The notes beneath the pieces are model-generated. The model did not search any database. It had not been told where the DNA came from and saw nothing but the letters and a program-made list of their open reading frames with translations. DNA of 64,000 nucleotides from the NCBI RefSeq assembly GCF_964204645.1, contig NC_134026.1, positions 13,266,050 to 13,330,049 on the forward strand. Reading direction: 5' to 3'. The DNA comes from Tubulanus polymorphus. Taxonomy: Eukaryota > Animalia > Nemertea. The first letter of the stretch is position 1, and every line of letters begins with the position of its first letter. Made by a program: the position numbers and the translations under genes. This document shows, in pieces, positions 10,189 to 19,685 of this stretch.

Positions 10189-10803
10189 TTATTTTATAAA
10201 TTTATATTCATATGGAAATTGTAGTCTCAGAAGTAATTTGGAACCTTTATTATTTTTTAATTTATTCATATATTCATCATGTAATTCAGGAGGTATAATT
10301 TGATTTTCTTCCAATGATTGTTGCATAGATTTTCTATCTTTGTTGTAGAATAAAACTAGAAATCTTATATTCTCTCTAAAATCTTTCACAATTGAATTAT
10401 ATTTTTGATTTAAAACCCATGTTGTTATCCCAAAATGTCTACCAGAGAAAGCTAAATAACATAACTCACTTTCTCTAATTTTAGAATCATGTAAATTTGC
10501 GCAATCATCGATAATAAATAATGTATTAGATCCTTTATAAATATCTAATGCAATTTTTATACAATTATCTAAATTATCTTTCACTGTTTTAGAATTTAAT
10601 ATAATAAACTTTTTATCTTTAAAAACTATATCTCTACTATACGTTTCATTCATTTCATAAGTTGGGCAGAATAATATTATATTATCGAAATGATTTTTAT
10701 AAATAGTTTCTAATAAATATAATATGAAGTGTGTTTTACCACAATTTGTAACTCCAGTAACTAACATATTATGTGGTTCAAATATAAACAAATCTTTATT
10801 CAT
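10189..10803 (-). CDS. A32/FtsK-like genome-packaging ATPase
   Basis: Walker A GVTNCGKT, Walker B FIIDD, SGRHFGIT arginine motif, downstream LNQ and FRENI; 204 aa intact. Confidence 0.92.
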   Translation of the reverse strand: MNKDLFIFEPHNMLVTGVTNCGKTHFILYLLETIYKNHFDNIILFCPTYEMNETYSRDIVFKDKKFIILNSKTVKDNLDNCIKIALDIYKGSNTLFIIDDCANLHDSKIRESELCYLAFSGRHFGITTWVLNQKYNSIVKDFRENIRFLVLFYNKDRKSMQQSLEENQIIPPELHDEYMNKLKNNKGSKLLLRLQFPYEYKFIK

Positions 10804-11896
10804 TTATTCTTTTAATTTTACTAGATAAAATCCATTCATTAAATTTATCATCATATCCTTTATATTTCACCAGAGAATATTTCTTACCGCGTAATGTTTT
10901 AGTTTTCAATACCTTTTCTATTTTGTATTCTATTTCATCTGGATTTGGTACTAATGAAAATTCTTGTTCATAAAAATAACCTAATATTTCTTCATCTTTT
11001 AAATCAAACAATTTATAAACAAATGGTTTAGTTAATATTATCTTTTTAATTTTAAATATTTCTTCAGTAAAATTAGGGGTATAACCTTTATAAAATGTTT
11101 TTCGATATTTAGAAATTCTAACATGTTGTCCTATTTTAAATTTAGGTTCTCCAAAATCATGTGTAACAAATGCTCCATATAAATTATTCCAAACTATTTC
11201 TGAATTTTCTTCTTTTCTAGCTTGTATAGGTTTCATATTTATAGAACTATGTTTAGAATTATTATAACCTTTAACTAAATCATCTAATATATTTTTAGAC
11301 TCATCGATATATTTATATGTTTCATTAGCGGTGAAATATTTCCACATTCTAGTTTTCAATGTTTTATTAAATCTTTCTATAACAGATGCTTTTTTATCTG
11401 AATGTGTTGAAAAATATTCTACATCGTTATCAGTTAATAGTTTTTTAAAATGTTTGTTATAAAATTCTTTACCTTCATCAAATTGTATTTTATCTGGGAT
11501 AGCTTCTTTAAATATTAATTTGAAAGAATTTGTAACTTCTATACCAGTTTTATTTTTAATCGGGATACTCCATGCGTATCTACTGAATATATCTATAACA
11601 TTTAGTATCCAAAAATATCCTTTGTTATATTCTTCTAAGTTTTTCACATCAATTAAATCAGCTTGCCATTGTTGGTCAATATATGAAACCATTACTTTTC
11701 TTGTTAAATATTTTTTATCCATCTTTTTATGAATTTGATATGTGGGTTGATTTTGTAACCATGATTTTAATTCACTATATTTTATTTTTTCTTTATCAGA
11801 TTTAATTTTATCCCATAATTCCGAAACACTTGAATATGAAACTTCACTTTCTGGGTTATAATGTAAATCTCTTAAATATTGTTCTTTTTTCATCAT
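10796..11896 (-). CDS. Retroviral-like (rve) integrase with C-terminal chromodomain
   Basis: DDE triad WQADL / IQFDEGKEF / VIERFNKTLK; chromodomain YKIEKVL...LVKYKGYDDKFNEWI; intact 366 aa. Confidence 0.95.
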   Translation of the reverse strand: MMKKEQYLRDLHYNPESEVSYSSVSELWDKIKSDKEKIKYSELKSWLQNQPTYQIHKKMDKKYLTRKVMVSYIDQQWQADLIDVKNLEEYNKGYFWILNVIDIFSRYAWSIPIKNKTGIEVTNSFKLIFKEAIPDKIQFDEGKEFYNKHFKKLLTDNDVEYFSTHSDKKASVIERFNKTLKTRMWKYFTANETYKYIDESKNILDDLVKGYNNSKHSSINMKPIQARKEENSEIVWNNLYGAFVTHDFGEPKFKIGQHVRISKYRKTFYKGYTPNFTEEIFKIKKIILTKPFVYKLFDLKDEEILGYFYEQEFSLVPNPDEIEYKIEKVLKTKTLRGKKYSLVKYKGYDDKFNEWILSSKIKRINE

Positions 11897-11899
11897 ATT

Positions 11900-12283
11900 T
11901 TAATCCATTAATAATAATTTAGATTTAGTTTCAATGGCCTTATGATTTGACTTATTTTCTGGTATGATAGGTTTACTGTCCGGATAACTAAGTTTCCGAT
12001 TGTCATCTTTATCATTAGATTTGAATTTTGATTTATATATTACACCGGATAATATAATAACTGTTACTAATCCAATTGTAATATATAATTTATAATTACT
12101 TCCAGCATTAGAAGAATCAGATGGATTATTATTTGAATCAATATCAGATAAAGTCTGTGATTCATTTATATCAGTTAATTTCTTTTTCTTAGCTTTTTTT
12201 AATTCTGAAGATCTTTTTCCTAATTCTCTTGCCCATCTAATTTGTTTCTCGGATCTAGCCTTTTTCTTAACTCCATCACTCAT
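11900..12283 (-). CDS. Single-TM Polinton protein, 127 aa
   Basis: Basic N-terminus (KKARSEKQIRWARELGKRS), TM LYITIGLVTVIILSGVIY; homologue at ~32740-33120. Confidence 0.65.
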   Translation of the reverse strand: MSDGVKKKARSEKQIRWARELGKRSSELKKAKKKKLTDINESQTLSDIDSNNNPSDSSNAGSNYKLYITIGLVTVIILSGVIYKSKFKSNDKDDNRKLSYPDSKPIIPENKSNHKAIETKSKLLLMD

Positions 12284-12887
12284 TTATTTTAGTTAATTTT
12301 TGTTCTGATTCATTTTCTGTTTCACTGTTTGGTTGTAGTACAGCGTCATCTGTTTCGTTCTTACCTAATTTATATTCCATAGGCTTGATATTCGAAAATG
12401 TTATAACTCCAGTAGAAATCAATGTCATAACCGATCCTAATTGAAATGAAGCATATCCAACCCATTCTTGTAATTCAGTCATAACTAAGTAGTCATTTTT
12501 CAAATCACTATATAATTTATTTTCATCATCAATTGGTATTAACTGGTTACATAACTTAGAATAACATTTGACAATACCATTCGAAATAGAATCATTTATT
12601 TTAGATAATCTTGCCTCTTCATAAATCTTAAAATATTTGATTACTTTGTCTTTGTTCATATTATCTAATTCTTGAAAAGTTATTGTTTTACCAATAAACT
12701 CTTTAGATTTGCCACTCGCAATCAATAGTTCGAGTTGATGCTTAGAATATAAATAGTACTCGTAATCGATATTACTATCAATTTTATTATCACATTTAGT
12801 TGCCACATTATCATTATCATCTGTTAGACCTAAATCTTCCAAAGTTTTTTCAACTTTAACATTATTCTTATTCGATTTCTTAGACAT
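12276..12887 (-). CDS. Polinton hypothetical protein, 203 aa
   Basis: Intact ORF with TAAATG start; homologue at ~33215-33495. Confidence 0.65.
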   Translation of the reverse strand: MSKKSNKNNVKVEKTLEDLGLTDDNDNVATKCDNKIDSNIDYEYYLYSKHQLELLIASGKSKEFIGKTITFQELDNMNKDKVIKYFKIYEEARLSKINDSISNGIVKCYSKLCNQLIPIDDENKLYSDLKNDYLVMTELQEWVGYASFQLGSVMTLISTGVITFSNIKPMEYKLGKNETDDAVLQPNSETENESEQKLTKINE

Positions 12888-13134
12888 TTATTTCAGAGAA
12901 ATTTAATAAGAATAGTATTATAAGTATTCTTCAAATGATACTAGATAGTTAAAGTTAAAGAATTCTAGTATTGACTACTGATACTAGCTATTTGAATTTA
13001 AAGAATTTCTATTTGAATCTATTCAAAATATAAAGTATTCTTTTTTGAAAAGAAAATATTAAAAATATAATAGAAATAATAGATAGTTGAAGGTGTGTAA
13101 TTTTTATTATATTTTATCTAAAATCTATTATTCT

Positions 13135-13899
13135 TTAACCACTCATTAAAGACTCAACGTATTGTTCATTATGTGTTGAATTCCATAATTCAATAATTTT
13201 TTTTGCTTTTTCCAGTTGATTCAAATATAACTGTAAATCTAGTTTATTAAATTTTATTTTATTTTCTTTCTTTTCAAGAGGTCTTAGATTCTTCCAATTC
13301 CATATTAACTTCTGATTGTATTCATCATTCATGTCAAATTTAGATATTGGTAACACATGATCAATATGAAAATAATTGCCATAATTATTTATATTCATTT
13401 TATCATCGAATTGAAATATTATCCATGATTTGAAGAATTCATCCGAACAATCTAGTAAATTAGATAATGTGTATGAGTGACTGTCTTTACTGAATAATTG
13501 TGTTAATCTAGTCCTTAAGCATTGTTTCAATCTAAAATTAAGATCTGTTTGATATTTTTCATTTTGATAATTGTTAATATTCTCTCTATTATTTTCCCTC
13601 CATTCTCTCATATATTCTGGGTGATTTTCTCTCCATTGTTTATTATAAACTTTCCATTTTTCTGGATTATTTTCTCTCCATTGTTTATCTTTTTCTTTAT
13701 ATTTTTCTGGATTATTTGCTCGATATTGTTTATTATATAGTTTATAACAAGTTTTGCAATAACAACTTTTACCATCTTTAGTTTTTTTATGATTATGAAA
13801 TTCTGTTAATGATTTATTCAATTCACACTTATTACATTTCTTATAGCATATATTTATTACACCATTATTGTTTATATTTATAGTTTGTGTACTTTCCAT
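13135..13899 (-). CDS. HNH-family endonuclease with N-terminal Cys zinc ribbon and basic repeats
   Basis: CNKC...CKTC; repeated KQWRENNPE; C-terminal HIDHVLPIS...WKNLRPLEKKENKIK HNH-type motif, an architecture common in large-DNA-virus nucleases. Confidence 0.8.
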   Translation of the reverse strand: MESTQTININNNGVINICYKKCNKCELNKSLTEFHNHKKTKDGKSCYCKTCYKLYNKQYRANNPEKYKEKDKQWRENNPEKWKVYNKQWRENHPEYMREWRENNRENINNYQNEKYQTDLNFRLKQCLRTRLTQLFSKDSHSYTLSNLLDCSDEFFKSWIIFQFDDKMNINNYGNYFHIDHVLPISKFDMNDEYNQKLIWNWKNLRPLEKKENKIKFNKLDLQLYLNQLEKAKKIIELWNSTHNEQYVESLMSG

Positions 13900-14033
13900 T
13901 TAAAATATATATTTTTATTAAATTGGTTAATAATTTTAGAATCCTCTTCCATTTCTTCGACCAACATCATCCTTTTTCATTCCTCGCTGCTTTTGATAAG
14001 TCAGTTTCAATTCCTTGATATCTAAATAATACC

Positions 14034-14353
14034 ACTGGGCAAAAACGCTCGGGTGAGAGCGAGTTGGCTTCTGCGCATGCGCTAATCATAATTATATATT
14101 CATTCCATAAATTCTGTAAAATAGAAACGACCGACATAAAATATCAAAACGTGTTCGCACTAGGCAAAACCGCTCTATTAGGAGCGTTTTTGCTTAATGC
14201 GCATGCGCTAATTATAATTATATATTTATTATTGAAACGACCGAACATAAAAATTCAAACACATGTGCACTAGGTAAAACCGCTCTTATAGTAGCGTTTT
14301 TGCTTAATGCGCATGCGCTAATCATTATTGAAACGACTGAACATAAAAATTCA
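14034..14353. repeat. Three ~115-bp tandem repeats, each with a GCGCATGCGC palindrome
   Basis: Repeated CACTRGGYAAAA(A/C)CGCTC...TGCGCATGCGCTAAT...GAAACGAC blocks upstream of the HNH gene; GCGCATGCGC is the NRF1-type core. Confidence 0.75.
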
Positions 14354-14799
14354 CAAATCAGATTTACACAATACATTATACAAGTTATTCAGTCATTTCT
14401 TCTAATACATCATTTGATTTCTATAAATACAATTTATAATTACAAACATTTTTTCAATTGCTGGTAAATATTTAACTATATCAATAAATGTTAAACTTAA
14501 TCATTGGAGTTTTAATGTTTTTGAAATTCTTGTATTTCTTCTTCGATCTTTTGGTGATTCTATTGGTTTGATATCCATTGCTGTTGATTCCTCAGTCAGA
14601 AAGAGTATCTTGAGTTTCTCTATCGCTTCTTGATGCGTATGACTTTTTATTAATCTAAAAGATATTAGCGGCAACTCTAGCCATCTAAAAGATATACTAA
14701 ATACACTTAAATATATCTAAAGGTTTCATATTTAATAGCCTTAATAACTACAACAAACAGTACTTACATATTTAGATTTATAATTGTAAACTATAAACT

Positions 14800-14985
14800 C
14801 CTAATTTCGTTTCGAAAGATAGAATATCCTGAGCACAATATTACAGCGTATATTCATTTCCGGGGCGATTTCTAGAATGACACGTCGTTAATTATGCCAC
14901 GTCATCTAGTTCCGGTTCTAGAGTGTTCTCTCTCTCTCTCTGCATGTTTGTAATAATGAGTCATAATGTCTCGGCGTCATAGTAA
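14800..14985. promoter_or_regulatory. GC-richer island with clustered stress-response-like motifs
   Basis: TTTCGTTTC 14805 (IRF-like), TTCTAGAA 14870 (HSE-like), GCCACGTCA 14896 (UPRE/CRE-like), TGAGTCA 14957 (AP-1). Function inferred. Confidence 0.35.
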
Positions 14986-15094
14986 CAGCTGTAACAGCTG
15001 TGAATTTATAGATTTATTCCATAGCTCTGTACATTGAATGTATATAGGCTCAAATATAATCATGTTCTAGTATAAACATCAGATCCTTGATATC

Positions 15095-15301
15095 AAATTC
15101 CTCAACGTATTGTTGATTATTTGGATCATTATTCCATAATTCAATAAATGTCTTTGCTTTTGTTAACTGTTCTGAATATAACTGTAAATATTCTAGTTTC
15201 AATTTATTCTCTAAATGTGTTATAGTTTAATTGTGTCTTGCTTTTTGAGACTTATCTATATCGATATTACATGTTGGGCAGTAGTACTTATTTGCTTCCA
15301 T
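15095..15301 (-). pseudogene. Chimeric remnant: first ~37 codons of pPolB joined to the 3' end of an HNH paralogue
   Basis: Minus strand MEANKYYCPTCNIDIDKSQKARHN*..HLENKLKLE matches the PolB start at 47967; 15100-15190 aligns with 13153-13238. Confidence 0.65.
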
Positions 15302-15381
15302 TTTAATATCAAATTTTTTATTAAAATTGATTTTAGAAGTTCAATGATTTAAATGTTATTCATTTATATGAATATTTTAAG

Positions 15382-15785
15382 AGTAATAGGGGTAATGGGC
15401 TTTCGGGTTAAAGGTTGAATGGTCGAGTTCATTAAAAAACATATATTAAAAGTAATTAAAAACTATAATATATTTTCATAACCGTGTGTATTTCAGTTGA
15501 ACAATAGAATAATTATTATCATTTGAATATATTTGATTATATGAATTTGTGTATTGTAAATAAATCAATTGGTCGCGGAGCGGAGCGGTAGCGAAGCGGA
15601 GCGACCAATTGATTTAATACAATATGCTTTTTAGATTATTGATATCTTAGAATAAATATTTAGTTTTAATATAAAATACACACGGTTATGAAAATATATT
15701 ATAGTTTTTAATTACTTTTAATATATGTTTTTTAATGAGCTCGACCTTTCGACCTTTGATCTGAAAGCCCATTACCCCTATTACT
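15382..15785. repeat. 404-bp fold-back palindrome, right terminus of copy A
   Basis: ~110-bp outer arms AGTAATAGGGGTAATGGGCTTTC... / ...GAAAGCCCATTACCCCTATTACT, inner stem TAAATCAATTGGTCGC / GCGACCAATTGATTTA, loop GGAGCGGAGCGGTAGCGAAGCGGA. Confidence 0.9.
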
Positions 15786-16156
15786 AATTCATTTTGTGTT
15801 TCATTACAATTGAGTAATATAAATATATAATATTTTAAAAACATGATCTTTTGGTTTTGTTTTCTTCAGGTATTCACTTAAATAACTATCATGTTAAATG
15901 TTCTGGGCAATATGGTAAGTTTCTTGTTTTAAACTTTTTGTTATCAGGATATTCTAAATCAACTACAAAGAAATAACCAATTGGTGCTTCATCTTCTAAA
16001 CTCATTGCGCTTTCCCAATTAGTTTTATCATCATTTTCAACTTCTGTTAATATAAAATTTGTGTACGGTTGAGGTTGCATCATTGCAAGTATTTAAGTAT
16101 AAATCAACTTATTCACCATGATTTTTTATCTTAAAGTGATTCCAAATATCTAATTA

Positions 16157-19100
16157 GGGTCGCGGGGGACAAAACCAAAATAATGAATTGTCGCGGGCGA
16201 TAAAACCGTTATAAAGAATTGTCACGGGCGATAAAACCAAAATAATGAATTATCGCGGGCGATAAAACCAAAATATTGAATTGTCGCGGGCGACAAATCA
16301 AAAAAAAAAATTGTCGTGGACGGCAAAAACAAAATATAAAACCAAAATAATGAATTGTCGCGGGCGATAAAACCGTAATAATGAATTGTCGCGGGCGATA
16401 AAACCGTAATAATGAATTGTCGCGGGCGATAAAACCAAAATGATGAATTATCGCGGGCGATAAAACCAAAATATTGAATTGTCGCGGGCGACAAAACCAT
16501 TTTGGTTTTGTCGCCCGTGACAATTCATTATTTTGGTTTTATCGCCCGTGACAATTCATTATTTTGGTTTTGTCTACCCAACAATTCTTTTTTTGGTTTT
16601 GTCGCCCGCGACAATTCATTAGTTTGGTTTTTGTCGCCCGCGACAATTCATTATTTTGGTTTTATCTCCAGCGACAATTCATTATTTTGGTTTTGTCGCC
16701 CGCGACAATTCTTCTTTTTGCTTTTGTCGCCCGAGACAATTCATTTTTTTTTTTAAATATTTTGTTTTTGTCGTCCGCGCCAATTTTTTTTTGGTTTTGT
16801 TGCCCGCGACAATTCACCATTTTGGTTTTGTCGCCCGCGACAATTCATTAGTTTGGTTTTGTCGCCCGCGACAATTCAATATTTTGTTTTTGTCGCCCGC
16901 GACAATTCATTACTTTGGTTTTATCTCCAGCGACAATTCATTATTTTGGTTTTGTCGCCCGCGACAATTTTTTTTTGGTTTTGTTGCCCGCGACAATTCA
17001 TTATTTTGGTTTAATCACCCGCGACAATTCAATATTTTGGTTTTATCGCCCGTGATAATTCATTATTTTGGTTTTATCGCTCGCGACAATTCATTATTTT
17101 GGTTGTGTCGCCCGAGACAATTCATTATTTTGGTTTTATCGCCAGCGACAATTCATTATTTTGGTTTTATCGCCCACGACAATTCATTATTTTGGTTTTG
17201 TCGCCCACGACAATTCACCATTTTGGTTTTATCGCCAGCGACAATTCATTATTTTGGTTTTATCGCCCGCGACAATTCATTATTTTGGTTTTGTCGCCCC
17301 GAAAATTCTTTTTTGGTTTTGTCGCCCGCGACAATTCATTAGTTTGGTTTTGTCTCCCGCGACAATTCAATATTTTGGTTTTATCGCCCGCGACAATTCA
17401 TTACTTTGGTTTTATCTCCAGCGACAATTCATTATTTTGGTTTTGTCGCCCGCGACAATTCATTATTTTGGTTTTATATTTTGTTTTTGTCGCCCGCGAC
17501 AATTCATTATTTTGGTTTTATTTTTTTTTTGTCGCCCGCGATAATTCAATATTTTATATTTTGTTTTTGTCGCCCGCGACAAATCATTATTTTGGTTTTA
17601 TCGCCCGCAACAATTCATTATTTTGGTTTTGTCGCCCGCGACAATTCATTATTTTGGTTTTGTCGCCCGCGAAAATTCATTATTTTGGTTTTATCGCACG
17701 TGACAATAAAATATTATGTTTTTGTCGCCCGAGACAATTCATTACTTTGGTTTTATTGCCCGCGACAATTCATAGTTTGGTTTTATCGCCCGCGAAAATT
17801 CATTAGTTTGGTTTTATCGCCCGCGACAATTCAATATTTTGGTTTTATCACCCGCGACAATTCAATATTTTTGTTTTATCGCCCGCGACAATTCAATATT
17901 TTCGTTTTATCACCCGCGACAATTCATTAGTTTGGTTTTGTCGCCCGCGACAATTCTTTTTCAGTTTACTTGGGACTTTAGTCCCAGCGGGCTATTGCGT
18001 TCACTTTTCGTCCGTCCGTCTGTCCATAGACGGAATCCAGTTATTTCGGGAAGTTTTGAAGACGCTTCAAGGTAATGTCTTGATACTTGGTTTAAACATG
18101 TATCTACCCTAGACACATCGTCAGCCCAAAAACTGGCCCTGTCAGATTCAAGATGGTCGACTGGCAGCCATTGTTGTTTGCCATAATCAGCACTTTTTAA
18201 ACATTTTCGAAGTTTTCGTGGGAAATTTTGAAGACGCTTTGATCAATTACCTTGATCTTTCGGATATATGTGAATCCCCCCAGGCCCAATCTACCAAAGG
18301 CCCATCAGCATAAGAAAATTGGGTCGATCTGACTCAAGATGGCCGTCCTATGACCTTTTTAGTGCCCAAAAATGTCAATTTTGGCCAGAATTCTAGGTCC
18401 TGTAGCTTCCTACTGGTTTGCCATTTCTCATTGCAATTGCTGATGGGTATTCTTTAGAGAGGGATGTTTTATACCTGGGACAGGTATTTTGATCAGACAA
18501 TTATGACGCAATTGGCGGCCATCTTGGTGTCATCAGTACTCATTCGTAGGTGGGAAAAAGTTTTTCCACATTAAATTGATACCTAAGCATATTGTGTTAC
18601 TATATTCAATTGGAAAGTTGTAGCCCATAACGTGTTCTATGATTTTGGTGAGTTTCAAGGTCATTGGTTTTTGTATGTGGCCATCAGGGGGCGTTGAATA
18701 ATACAATAACTTAATATCGCTATATTATATTTGTACCAAGGCATATTTTGTTACCATGATCAATTGCAAAGTTGTAGTTCATGACATCGTCTATGATTGT
18801 GGTGAGTTTTTAAGGACATTAGTTATTCCATATAGTCACCAGGGGGCGTTGAATAGTAGAAAAGCTTAGTTTTTCCTTATTAGATTGGTACCTAGGCATA
18901 GTTTGTTACCATGATCCATTGTTAAGATGTAGTTCATGACATCGTCTATGATTGTGGTGAGTTTTTAAGGACATTAGTTATTCCATATAGTCACCAGGGG
19001 GCGCTGAATAGTAGAATGGCTTAGTATTTCCTTATTAGATTGGTACCTAGGCATATTTTGTTACTATGATCAATTGCAAAATTGTATTTCATGACATGTA

Positions 19101-19685
19101 CTACGATTCTGGTGAGTTTTAAGGTCATTGGGTTTTGCATCTGGTCACCAGAGGGCGTTGAATAGTAGAATAACTTAGTATTTCCATATTAAATTGGTAA
19201 CGAGGCATATTTTGTTATCACAATCAATTACAAAATCATAGCTGCTCACATGTTCTATGATTGTGGTGGGTTTCAAGGTCATTGGTTTTTGTATATGGTC
19301 ACTAGAGGGCGTTATGTATTTAAATTGTTAGATAGTTGAGCATTTGAAACCACTTCCCAAGTGAGCATGGTGTCCCTGGACCCCTAGTTTGGTTTTGTCG
19401 CCCGCGACAATTCATTATTTTGGTTTTGTCGCACGCAACAATTCATTATTTTGTTTTTGCCGTCCGCGACAATTCATTATTTTGGTTTTATCGCCCGCGA
19501 CGATTCAATATTTTGGTTTTAACGCCCGCGACAATTCATTATTGTGGTTTTATCGCCCGCGAAAATTCATTATTTTGGTTTTATCGCCCGCGACAATTCA
19601 TTATTTTTGTTTTGTCACCCGTGACAATTCAATATTTTGGTTTTGTCACCCGCGACAATTCATAATTTTGGTTTTGTCGCCCGTG
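16157..19685. repeat. 31-bp minisatellite (TTTTGGTTTTRTCGCCCGCGACAATTCATTA), orientation inverted at ~16500 and split by an insertion at 17960-19389
   Basis: Dozens of near-identical units; 16157-16499 are the reverse complement of 16501-17955 and 19390-19685. Confidence 0.95.
17960..19389 (+). mobile_element. Helentron-associated (HINE/DINE-1-like) non-autonomous element, family 2, copy 1
   Basis: Subterminal IR ACTTGGGA...TCCCAAGT, (GTCC)n microsatellite near the 5' end, five ~155-bp internal repeats, 3' hairpin GGTGTCCCTGGACCCC, inserted in a T-run; inverted copy at 42088-43347. Confidence 0.8.

Larger units (their letters stand above)
1..15785. mobile_element. Polinton/Maverick (adintovirus-like) endogenous viral element, copy A; left end outside window
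   Basis: Dense intronless very AT-rich ORF block with pPolB, penton-like, major capsid-like, A32-type ATPase and rve integrase genes in two convergent clusters; ends in a palindrome finishing ...CCCCTATTACT (15785), matching the AGT...ACT termini typical of Polintons. Confidence 0.93.

Noticed and set aside
5409-13740. Antisense ORFs 5409-5615, 7407-7868, 9439-9627, 9686-9883, 11520-11732 and 13522-13740
   Set aside because: Shadows of real opposite-strand genes with no motifs.
15571-15606. GAGC repeats resembling an AAV Rep-binding element
   Set aside because: Five-base periodicity rather than tandem GAGC, and no Rep/NS1 gene seen.
16157-17955. CRISPR-like look of the hairpin repeats here and at 59405-59700
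   Set aside because: No unique spacers, no cas genes, eukaryotic context.
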